A DNA stretch of 64,000 bases. It comes from Macrostomum lignano (taxonomy: Eukaryota). Every line of letters begins with the position of its first letter. Position 1 is the first letter of the stretch. The position numbers and the translations under genes are program-made. This document shows positions 1 through 10,320 of the stretch, in pieces. The stretch is from the NCBI GenBank assembly GCA_002269645.1, contig NIVC01000818.1:18181-82180 (forward strand). Direction: 5' to 3'. The notes below the pieces were generated by a model. That model was given only the letters and a program-made list of their open reading frames with translations, searched no databases and had not been told where the DNA came from.

Positions 1-1440
1 TGAAGGATTTAGATGGGGGATAGAATGCCCACTGAAGGATTCAGATGGGGGATAGAATGCCCACTGAAGGATTCAGATGGGGGATAGAATGCCCACTGAA
101 GGATTTAGATGGGGGATAGAATTCCCAATGAAGGATTTGGAGGGGGGATAGAATGCCCACTGAAGGATTCAGATGGGGGATAGAATGCCCACTGAAGGAT
201 TCAGATGGGGGATAGAATGCCCACTGAAGGATTTAGATGGGGGATAGAATGCCCACTGAAGGATTTAGATGGGGGATAGAATGCCCACTGAAGGATTTAG
301 ATGGGGGATAGAATTCCCACTGAAGGATTCAGATGGGGGATAGAATTCCCACTGAAGGATTTAGATGGGGGATAGAATTCCCAATGAAGGATTTGGAGGG
401 GGGATAGAATGCCCACTGAAGGATTCAGATGGGGGATAGAATGCCCACTGAAGGCTTTAGATGGGGGATAGAATGCCCACTGAAGGCTTTAGATGGGGGA
501 TAGAATGCCCACTGAAGGATTTAGATGGGGGATAGAATGCCCACTGAAGGATTCAGATGGGGGATAGAATGCCCACTGAAGGATTCAGATGGGGGATAGA
601 ATGCCCACTGAAGGATTTAGATGGGGGATAGAATTCCCAATGAAGGATTTGGAGGGGGGATAGAATGCCCACTGAAGGATTCAGATGGGGGGTAGAATGC
701 CCACTGAAGGATTCAGATGGGGGATAGAATGCCCACTGAAGGATTTAGATGGGGGATAGAATGCCCACTGAAGGATTTAGATGGGGGATAGAATGCCCAC
801 TGAAGGATTTAGATGGGGGATAGAATTCCCACTGAAGGATTCAGATGGGGGATAGAATTCCCACTGAAGGATTCAGATGGGGGATAGAATTCCCAATGAA
901 GGATTTGGAGGGGGGATAGAATGCCCACTGAAGGATTCAGATGGGGGATAGAATGCCCACTGAAGGATTTAGATGGGGGATAGAATGCCCACTGAAGGAT
1001 TTAGATGGGGGATAGAATGCCCACTGAAGGATTTAGATGGGGGATAGAATTCCCACTGAAGGATTCAGATGGGGGATAGAATTCCCACTGAAGGATTCAG
1101 ATGGGGGATAGAATTCCCAATGAAGGATTTGGAGGGGGGATAGAATTCCCACTGAAGGATTCAGATGGGGGATAGAATTCCCACTGAAGGATTCAGATGG
1201 GGGATAGAATTCCTAATGAAGGATTTAGATGGGGGATAGAATGCCCACTGAAGGCTTTAGATGGGGGATAGAATGCCCAATGAAGGATTTAGATGGGGGA
1301 TAGAATGCCCAATGAAGGATTTAGATGAGGGATAGAATTCCCACTGAAGGATCTAGATGGGGGATATAATGGCCACTGAAGGCTCTAGCAGGGGGATAGA
1401 ATGTCCACTGAAGGATCTAAACGGGAGATAGGATGGCCGC
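1..1440. repeat. 32-bp minisatellite (tgaaggatttagatgggggatagaatgcccac)n, about 45 copies, runs off the left edge
   Basis: Unit restarts at position 33; head-to-tail copies with point variants; degenerates at about 1350-1440. Confidence 0.97.
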
Positions 1441-1487
1441 TGAAGGACCCAAATTAGCACTGAGCCGAAGCAAGAACTCCAACCTGA

Positions 1488-4400
1488 TCAGCTGCACTCA
1501 GAGGCTGCCCCGCCATCGGGAATCTGGTGCAGATATCCGTAGCCCAGTCCGCAGCCCAGAGCGCCGTCGCCGCCCCAGTTGGGGTCGGGCCTGACGGTTA
1601 GCAGGCGGAACTGCTCAGTGCTGCTGCAGTAGACGTGCAGCTGCAGCGCGGACTGGGCAGCTGCGTGAGATTCGATCAGCTCGAACAGGTCCTCGTGCGT
1701 GTGCAGCGGAGCGGAGCCTGTTCTGCAGTCGGCGGCATCGCAGTCCACGACAGCGGCCCCGCCAACAATGAAGTCGCTGTCGGGGCGCAGGCCGGCCACA
1801 CTGGCCGGGGAGCCTGGCGCCACGTCCAGCACGCGCCAGGCCAAGGCCGGTTGGCCGGCGCTGCAGCACAGACGCACGCTGACGCCAAGGAGGCCATGGC
1901 CGCCCCACTGGCCGCTGCCAGGCTCCGAGCCAGAGGCCAGGTCAATGTGAACCTGGCGGACCGTGCGCTGCTTACTGCTGTACACGGTGAGGTCAACTGA
2001 GGACAGAGCTTGAGCAGTCGGCCTCAGCAATGAGTGCAGCTGCCGTTCCGGTGTCTGCAGGTGAAGATATTTTGCTAGCTAAGAGAAGTTCAATTTTGCA
2101 CGAAGGATCTATTATGGAAAACCACTCATTTTGGTACCGAAGCCAAGCATCCATTTAGGCGCCACAGACAGGCACTTATTTTGGCGCTGAAGGCAAGCAT
2201 CCATTTAGGCGCCACAGACAGGCACTTATTTTGGCGCTGAAGGCAAGCATCCATTTAGGCGCCACAGACAGGCACTCATTTTGGCGCAAAGCCAAGCATC
2301 CATTTTGGCGCGGCAGACATAGGCACTTATTTTGGCGCTGAAGGCAAGCATCCATTTAGGCGCGGCAGACATAGGCACTTATTTTGGCGCTGAAGGCAAG
2401 CATCCATTTAGGCGCGGCAGACATAGGCACTTATTTTGGCGCTGAAGGCAAGCATCCATTTAGGCGCGGCAGACATAGGCACTTATTTTGGCGCTGAAGG
2501 CAAGCATCCATTTAGGCGCGGCAGACATAGGCACTTATTTTGGTGCTGAAGGCAAGCATCCATTTTGGCGCCGCAGACAGGCAGTTATTTTGGCGCCGAG
2601 GGCAAGCATCAATTTTGGCGCCGCACAGGCACTTATTTTGGCACCGAAGGCAAGCATCCATTTTGGCGCCGCACAGGCACTTATTTTGGCGCCGAAGGCA
2701 AGCATCCATTTTGGCGCCGCACAGGCACTTAATTTGGCGCTGAAGGCAAGCATCCATTTAGGCGCCACAGACAGGCAGTTATTTTGGCACCGAAGGCAAG
2801 CATCAATTTTGGCGCCGCACAGGCACTTATTTTGGCACCGAAGGCAAGCATCCATTTTGGCGCCACAGACAGGCAGTTATTTTGGCACCGAAGGCAAGCA
2901 TCAATTTTGGCGCCGCACAGGCACTTATTTTGGCACCGAAGGCAAGCATCCATTTTGGCGCCGCAGACAGGCAGTTATTTTGGCGCCGAGGGCAAGCATC
3001 AATTTTGGCGCCGCACAGGCACTTATTTTGGCGCCGAGGGCAAGCATCAATTTTGGCGCCGCACAGGCACTTATTTTGGCACCGAAGGCAAGCATCCATT
3101 TAGGCGCCACAAACAGGCACTCATTTTGGCGCAAAGCCAAGCATCCATTTTGGCGCCGCAGACATAGGCACTTATTTTGGCGCCGAAGGCAAGCATCCAT
3201 TTTGGCGCGGCAGACATAGGCACTTATTTTGGTGCTGAAGGCAAGCATCCATTTTGGCGCCGCACAGGCACTTATTTTGGCACCGAAGGCAAGCATCCAT
3301 TTTGGCGCCGCACAGGCACTTATTTTGGCGCCGAAGGCAAGCATTTATTTTGGCACCGCAGACGCCAAAGGTCTACAAATTTAAAGGTCAATAAAAGCAA
3401 GAACACAAAGCTCCTTACCACATGCTGCCCATTAATAGCTAGTATAAAGTCAAAATATGGCTGAAGACCAGCTTGCTTTGCAGGAGAGTTGTGCTGCACC
3501 TACAGTATTAAGAATTAATAATAAATTTAAGCTAACTATGATAAAAATAGGCAGTGTTTAATTCATTGATCGTTTCTTTTCATTATACTCATAAAAGTCC
3601 TTAGTCTAAAGCCTAAAGGTAAATCTTAAATTATAAAACAGGTCTATCAAAAAATTATACAAAATGCCAATAGGCCTTTAACTAAACTTCAAACATTCAA
3701 AATTACTTTTTTTGAAAAATCTAACCTGATACTACTTTGAATATTTTGTGTGAATCATAATAACAGAGCATTTCATATCACAAATGCATATAAAACTGCA
3801 AGTTTTAATCAGCCATTTTAATTTTTACTCTCCTTGATCTATTGATTGTACTTTGTCTGCTGCTACTGTAGTCAGGTTTGCAACTTAAAAACAAAATAAA
3901 TTAAAGTCCTAATGATATGATATAATGATATTAGTAGACTTGGTTACATAAAAAATAATCAATGAGCATTATTTTGATTTGTAATGGAAGAAAAGGTAAT
4001 TGACACTCAAACTCCTACTAGATCAACTATACCTTCAACTTAACCAATAACAAGTGGAGCTAGAGTTGGGCCACAGACAAGCTCCTTGAATGCAAAAGCA
4101 AGGCGGCAATACTGATAAGCTTCTATTGCCTTATTCTGATAAAGGTCTGATACTAGTCTCCAAGGAGGCTGCAATTGATATAGACATTTATGCTAGCAAT
4201 CATGATGGCATTGCTAGTAATTGATTCAGGCTTGGTATAGGTGTGCGGCTCTTTTTCTGCCAATATTGTTAGCTCTGTGTTTGTTCTGTGTGATGGTTTA
4301 ATAATTTTATTTATTTTCATCTCTTAGTGTATAATTATCAACCAGACTGAACCCATTTATTTATTGCCTTATACAGTTTTCAATTTTCTTTATTTATTTA

Positions 4401-7400
4401 AATATACAGAATTTTGAATCATGAGTGCAAGCCCTGAAAATGACTGCTTGTGTTGAAATGCATTGGCTATAACAATAATTTACTTATATTTTGATTTTGG
4501 CTTTCATTTCTCTATTATTTATTAAACGAGCATCTCTATTAGATTTTGACCATATATTGCATATCCATAGGTTTTTTAAACTTATTTCAATAGGGAACCT
4601 TACAAATTAGTATTTAATTAATAGAGCCATACTAGCAATCTATGCCCCCCGTTAGGGAGCCAAAGAAATGCAATACACGTTTTTTTAATAAGCTACATGT
4701 ATCCTTGAAATCTTAAAAAATCTTTTGTCAAACCTTGTAAGCCTTGACATGTCAGTAATTCCCCCCACAAGCTTTAACATATCAACTTCCCCCCCCTGAC
4801 ATCTCAGCAATGCCCCCAATAAGCCTTGAAAATCTAAAAATATCTGTCAACCTTCTAACCCTAATCCTAACCTAACCCTAACCCTAACCCTAGCCTAACC
4901 CTAACCCTAACCCTAACCCTAACCTAACCCTAAAGCATTGAAATTTCAGTAATTCTCTCTAAGAGTCATTATAGCACTACTACAGCATTATAGCGATTCC
5001 CTGCAAGCCTCGACATTGTAGGGATTCCCAAATGAATCTCTTAACTTCGACATGAAGCTTCTTTTATTTTTTACATTACGCTTTTTTATCAGCGATCCCT
5101 TCCCTGAGGAGGCATCAAATAATGTAATATAAAGTTTTCAATAAACTACATGTAGCTTCTGGCTTTAGCCTTGAAATCTCATTTATACCCCAGTGAGCCT
5201 TGACATCTCAGCTACTCCCCCCGTAAGCCTTGACATGTCAGCGATGGCCCCCATAAACCTTGAAATCTAAAAAATCCCCTGTTAACCTTGAAACCCGATA
5301 AAATATAACCCTCAACCCACACCTGACCTAAACCTAACTTTAACCCAACCTAAAGCCTCGAAACCTCAGCAATTCTTCTCCCCTAAGCCTTGACATTTTA
5401 GTGATTCCTTCTTTAAGAATCACAGCACTATAACGATTTCCACCAAGCTTTGACATCCTAGCAATTCCCAAATGAATCTTTTAACTTCGACATGACTTTT
5501 CTTTTATGTATACATAGTGCTACTTTTATTTTTTACATGACTCTTCTTCTATCAGGGCCTCCCCCCGTGGCGAGCCAACAAAAAATGCAATAAAAAAATA
5601 GAGTAAAGTACATGAACTTTGAAGTAGCTTCTGACTTTTGCTTTGACATCTCAGAAACGCCCCCATAATCTCAGTTATTCTCTGTGAGCCTTGACGTCTC
5701 AGTTTTTCTCCCCAGCACAGCATTATAGCTGCATTTAATTTTTACATGACACCTTCATGTCTGACATGACGCTTCTTTTATTCTACCATGATGCTTCTTA
5801 ATTTTTTAAATGACACTTTCATTAGTCTTTAAATGAGGCTTCTATGATTTTTCATGACGCTTCTATGATTTTTACATGATGCTTCTATGATTTTTTATAT
5901 GACGCTTCTATGATTGTTTATATGACGCTTCTATGCTTTTTACATGACGCTTCTATGATTTTTTTACATGACGCTTCCATGATTGTTTACATGACGCTTC
6001 TATGATTTTTACATGACGCTTCTATGATTGTTTACATGATGCTTCTATGATTGTCTACATGACGCTTCTATGCTTTTTCCATGACGCTTCTATGATTGTT
6101 TACATGACGCTTCTATGCTTTTTAGATGACGCTTCTATGAGTATGATTGTTTATATGACGCTACTATGATTTTTACATGACGCTTCTATGATTTTTACAT
6201 GACGCTTCTATGATTGTTTACATGACGCTTCTATGATTTTTTACATGACGCTTCTATGGTTTTTTTATGACGCTTCTATGATGGTTTACATGACGCTTCT
6301 ATGATTTTTTACATGACGTTTCTATGATTGTTTACATGACGCTTCTATGATTTTTTTAAATGACGCTTCTATAATTGTTTACATGACGCTTCTGTGATTT
6401 TTTCATGACACTCCTATGATTTTTTCATGACGCTTCTATGATTGTTTACATGACGCTTCTATGATTTTTTTAAATGACCCTTTTATGATTTTTAACATGA
6501 CGCTTCTATGATTGTTTACATGACACTTCTATGATAGTTTACATGACTCTTCAATGATTTTTTACATGACGCTTCTATGGTTTTTTTATGACGCTTCTAT
6601 GATTTTTTTTAAATGACGCTTCTATGAGTTTTATATGACGCTTCTATGCTTTTTACATGACGCTTCTATGATTGTTTACATGACGCTTCTATGATTTTTT
6701 TACATGACGCTTCTATGATTTTTTTAAATGACGCTTCTATGAGTTTTACATGACGCTTCTATGATTTTTTACATGACGCTTCTATGATTTTTTTAAATGA
6801 CGCTTCTATGATTGTTTACATGACGCTTCTATGCTTTTTACATGACGCTTCTATGATGGTTTACATGACGCTTCTATGATGGTTTACATGACGCTTCTAT
6901 GATTGTTTACATGACGCTTCTATGATTGTTTACATGACACTTCTATGATTGTTTACATGACGCTTCTATGATTTTTTACATGACGCTTCTATGATTTTTT
7001 ACATGACGCTTATATGATTTTTACATGACGCTTCTATGATTGTTTACATGACGCTTCTATGATTTTTTACATGACACTTCTATGATTTTTACATGACGCT
7101 TCTATGATTTTTTACATGACGCTTCTATGATTTTTTTAAATGACGCTTCTATAATTGTTTACATGACGCTTCTATGATTTTTAGATGACGCTTCGATGAT
7201 TGTTTACATGACGCTTCTATGGTTTTTTCATGACGATTCTATGATTTTTTACATGACGCTTCTATGCTTTATACATGAGGCTTCTATGATTTTTACATGA
7301 CGCTTCTATGATTGTTTACATGACGCTTCTATGATTTTTTACATGACGCTTCTATGATTGTTTACATGACGCTTCTATGATTTTTAACATGACGCTTCTA

Positions 7401-9029
7401 TGATTTTTTACATGACGCTTCTACGATTTTAGATGACGCTTCTATGATTTTTACCATGACGCTTCTATGATTGTTTACATGACGCTTCTATGATGGTTGA
7501 CATGACGCTTCTATGATAGTTTACATGACGCTTCTATGATGGTTTACATGACGCTTCTATGATTTTTTTAAATGACGCTTCTATGATTTTTATATGACAC
7601 TTCTATGATTTTTTACATGACGCTTCAATGATTTTTTACATGACGCTTCTATGGTTTTTTACATGACGCCTTTTGTCCTTTATTTGACCTTGAATAAAAG
7701 CTTTTAATAAAAAACTTTTCACTACTAAGATTCGAACCCAGGTCGCTGCATTTGCAGTCCAGTCTGTTCACATCTAGGCTAGCTCTTATCGAATTTTATA
7801 AATTAAATTGTAGCACTTATATAATTCAACACTCACTCACGAAGCAGTTATGACATAATCAATTTCCCAGGCAAGTCAGTATCAGTCTCTATTAAAGTTG
7901 ACAATATGGTTACGCAATCTAAATCAAGTCTGGTGCTATGCTTCCACACTGCATTTTCAATACTGTGACGCAATTCAAGTCGGAGTTACAATTCATTTAT
8001 GATGCAATCTATTTCAGAATCAGATTCAACCAGTCAATTTTTCTCTTAGCATTCTTACAATGCATTTCAAGTCGAAAAGTTTGCTTGACCTTTGCAAAAA
8101 AGCATGTTTTTCGAATATTTAATTGCTTTAACATGGAGCAATTTCTTAGCCAAGATGCATGTACCATCACGGGAAAATTTCTGATTGAACAGTGCAAGTC
8201 TCATGAAAATCGGTCCAGCCATTTTTTCTCTAATCGATTGCGTACAAACAAACAAGATTTTCATTTTTAGTATATTGGATGATGACCATATTATATAAAA
8301 CAAAATGTTGAGATCAAAAAACAATTTGTAGTAAAGATTAATTAAAGAATTAATATAGGCCTAAGACTTAAAGTTTAAATAAACAAAATATATAATAAAA
8401 AAGGTAGTAAAATAAAAAAAAGCAGATAGAGAAAAAATTATATAAATAAAAATACAAACAAATAAAATCAAAAATTATTTTATTGATTGAGGTATGAGCT
8501 TTGAAATTTGATACTTATGTTATTATTTATTACTAATTACTATTAGATAGGCTTAGGGCCTAGGCCTATCTTATAATTTTAGACCTAACCTAGCCTAGCC
8601 TAGCCTTACCTAGGACAGCCTAGGTAGGATTCTTATTATGGTCTAGGTCTAGACTAAGACATTTTAAGGCCTAATAGGGCTGTAGGCTTATGTAGCAATA
8701 TAAAATCTCTATTAAAATGTTAAGTTTTAAAGTTTATATTATAAATATTGATTTCAAACAATCAAACTCACTGATTTTAAATCAAAGATTCATATTCATT
8801 TTTCATCATGTTGTTCAGGCCTAATAACAATATAGGGCTATTAGTATTACTAGGCCCTAGGCTAGGCCCTAAGCCTAATTAAGAGTTTAAAAACAAGTCA
8901 TAGGCCTAGGCCTAACTCTTATCAATTTAGCCTAAGCCTAAGAGGAAGGTTACTTACCCTTAAAATGTGAAAAGCATAGCTTTTATTTCTATCAAAATAA
9001 TCACCTTTATTACTGAACACCTGGCCCAT
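1488..9029 (-). CDS. GORASP: Golgi reassembly-stacking protein (GRASP55/65 family), tandem PDZ GRASP domain; exons 9029-8958, 3499-3419, 2054-1488
   Basis: Exon 1 MGQVFSNKGDYFDRNKSYAFHILR then gtaagt (Gly2 myristoylation motif; FHILR resembles GRASP YHVLR). Exon 2 is 81 nt, VQHNSPAKQAGLQPYFDFILAINGQHV, flanked by tag/gtaagg. Exon 3 has VYSSK, WGGHGLLGVSVR, PASVAGLRPDSDFI and WGGDGALGCGLGYGYLHQIP, all GRASP hallmarks. All junctions phase 0. An alternative in-frame acceptor lies 24 nt upstream of 2054. Confidence 0.92.
2123..3360. repeat. Intronic minisatellite of mixed length variants (ttattttggcgccgaaggcaagcatccattttggcgccgca[gac]aggcac)
   Basis: Directly visible tandem copies in GRASP intron 2; source of the repetitive ORFs at 2488-3464. 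Confidence 0.95.
4855..4933. repeat. Degenerate interstitial (CCCTAA)n telomere-type tract inside Helitron-like copy 1
   Basis: ctaaccctaaccctaacc runs; homologous tract at about 22615-22680. Confidence 0.85.
5745..7670. repeat. About 21-23-bp minisatellite (catgacgcttctatgatt[g]tttta)n internal to Helitron-like copy 1
   Basis: Directly visible; same unit at 23553-25126. Confidence 0.97.
7728..7785 (-). other. Degenerate tRNA-Cys(GCA)-like segment inside the Helitron-like element (second copy about 25184-25240)
   Basis: Reverse complement ctagcctagatgtgaacagactggactgcaaatgcagcgacctgggttcgaatc shows an A-box remnant, an anticodon-like arm ctgga-ctgcaaa-tgcag and B box ggttcgaatc; no intact acceptor stem. 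Confidence 0.5.
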
Positions 9030-10320
9030 ATTAAATATTTTTCATCTCAATTCTCTATTTAGACTATTTCTATTTGGCTTTAGGTGTACCAGGCCAGGGC
9101 GATTAAGACAATTCATAGGCTAGGCCTATGCTAATGCCAAAGCTGATGTTCAACCCTTACTAGGCCTAGGCTATACAACATCAATAAATGCAAGGGGCTA
9201 AGGAAAATTTCTGGGTTTTCTAGCCAACACTAAGTAGTACGGGCCTAAGTCAATAACCAATCAATTTTATAGGGCTAGGCTAAGCCTAATTATAAAAGAA
9301 AAGCCTTTAAATCTTTTTAAGGCTTTTCATCCCGCCTTTAAATCTAATCAATTTTACTTCACTAAATACCAAAAACAATTGAGTAGCTTGACCTCAGACA
9401 GATGTAGAATAACTCGTGTGAATTGTGATCATCAATGGCTAGTCGTCGTTCTGGCACGGACTGGCAGTTTCAGCAATTTAAAAAGTTTACTTGTTGAAAC
9501 AAATTTAAAGCGTTTTGTGCTTGTTTATTAAAATATTTTAGTATTATGCGCCATAATTAGGCTTTTAAGCTAGAGTAATTTTTTAAAGTTCCACTAACTG
9601 ATCACAAAAATACTGAAGTATGTTTGTATTAGAAAGCGGACCTGTTTAAAATGTGTGAAACAATTAAAAAAACAACTCATATTGCAGAAAGAACAATATT
9701 AATAGTTATTATGTTTTGAAACTGGGTGTGTCAGTGAAGAGAAATGTATGCTTAATAAATAAATATGATTATTTTTACCATATATAGTAGCAGCCTTTTA
9801 AGTTTAATTTCTCATTGATATTTTTCAACTAAGTATTCGCGCAAATCAAATCATGAAGTTACTACTACTAGTTCTATTCTAATATATTAACCAAGTAGTT
9901 TCTTTTTCAAAGAGCATTTTTATTAAAGTAAATTGGCCTGCTTGGTATAAAAACTAGGTATTGGCTTTAATAAGGGGCAACCAATGGGCAAAGGGGTCAG
10001 CCAACCCCCATAGCACCCCTTTTTGGGTCTTCAACACTGGAATCCCCCCTCAATGAATTTCTGATTGTGTCAGTGGCTTAAATCCAAATAAATTTAAACT
10101 TAAAGCTAAATGAAAAGACGATAAACTGAGAAATAAATCATAAGATCAGGTTTAACTCTAATCAACTGTTTGAAATTTAAAAAATATCAAATTTTTAGAA
10201 GAGATAAATTTGACTTAATTGTAAGATGCAATGAAATGCAATACCTGGAACTGTCTACTTATTTATTTTTTCCTTTTCAGGCAGAAGATTAGAACAAGGT
10301 ACACCTTGGCTCTGAAGTCC

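Larger units (their letters stand above)
4632..8279 (-). mobile_element. Non-autonomous Helitron-like element, copy 1 (in GRASP intron 1)
   Basis: On the minus strand it starts A|TC at 8279 and ends with a GC hairpin (gctccctaacggggggc) followed by CTAG|T at 4632. A collinear homologue lies at 22413-25732. No coding capacity seen. Confidence 0.75.

Noticed and set aside
1-1440. CRISPR-like appearance of the 30-42-bp repeats here and at 49228-50192 and 62983-63780
   Set aside because: Units are contiguous with no unique spacers, there are no cas genes and the DNA is eukaryotic.
2488-3464. Multiple overlapping repetitive ORFs; likewise at 14210-14734, 27467-28510, 34404-34894, 41314-41931, 59705-60152 and 62973-63805
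   Set aside because: All derive from mini- or microsatellites.
7728-7785. Functional tRNA-Cys gene (also tRNA-like heads at 11380-11450, 21200-21288, 27065-27138, 44921-44990 and 48270-48346)
   Set aside because: No complete cloverleaf or acceptor stem; embedded in dispersed repeats, so treated as SINE- or Helitron-borne derivatives.
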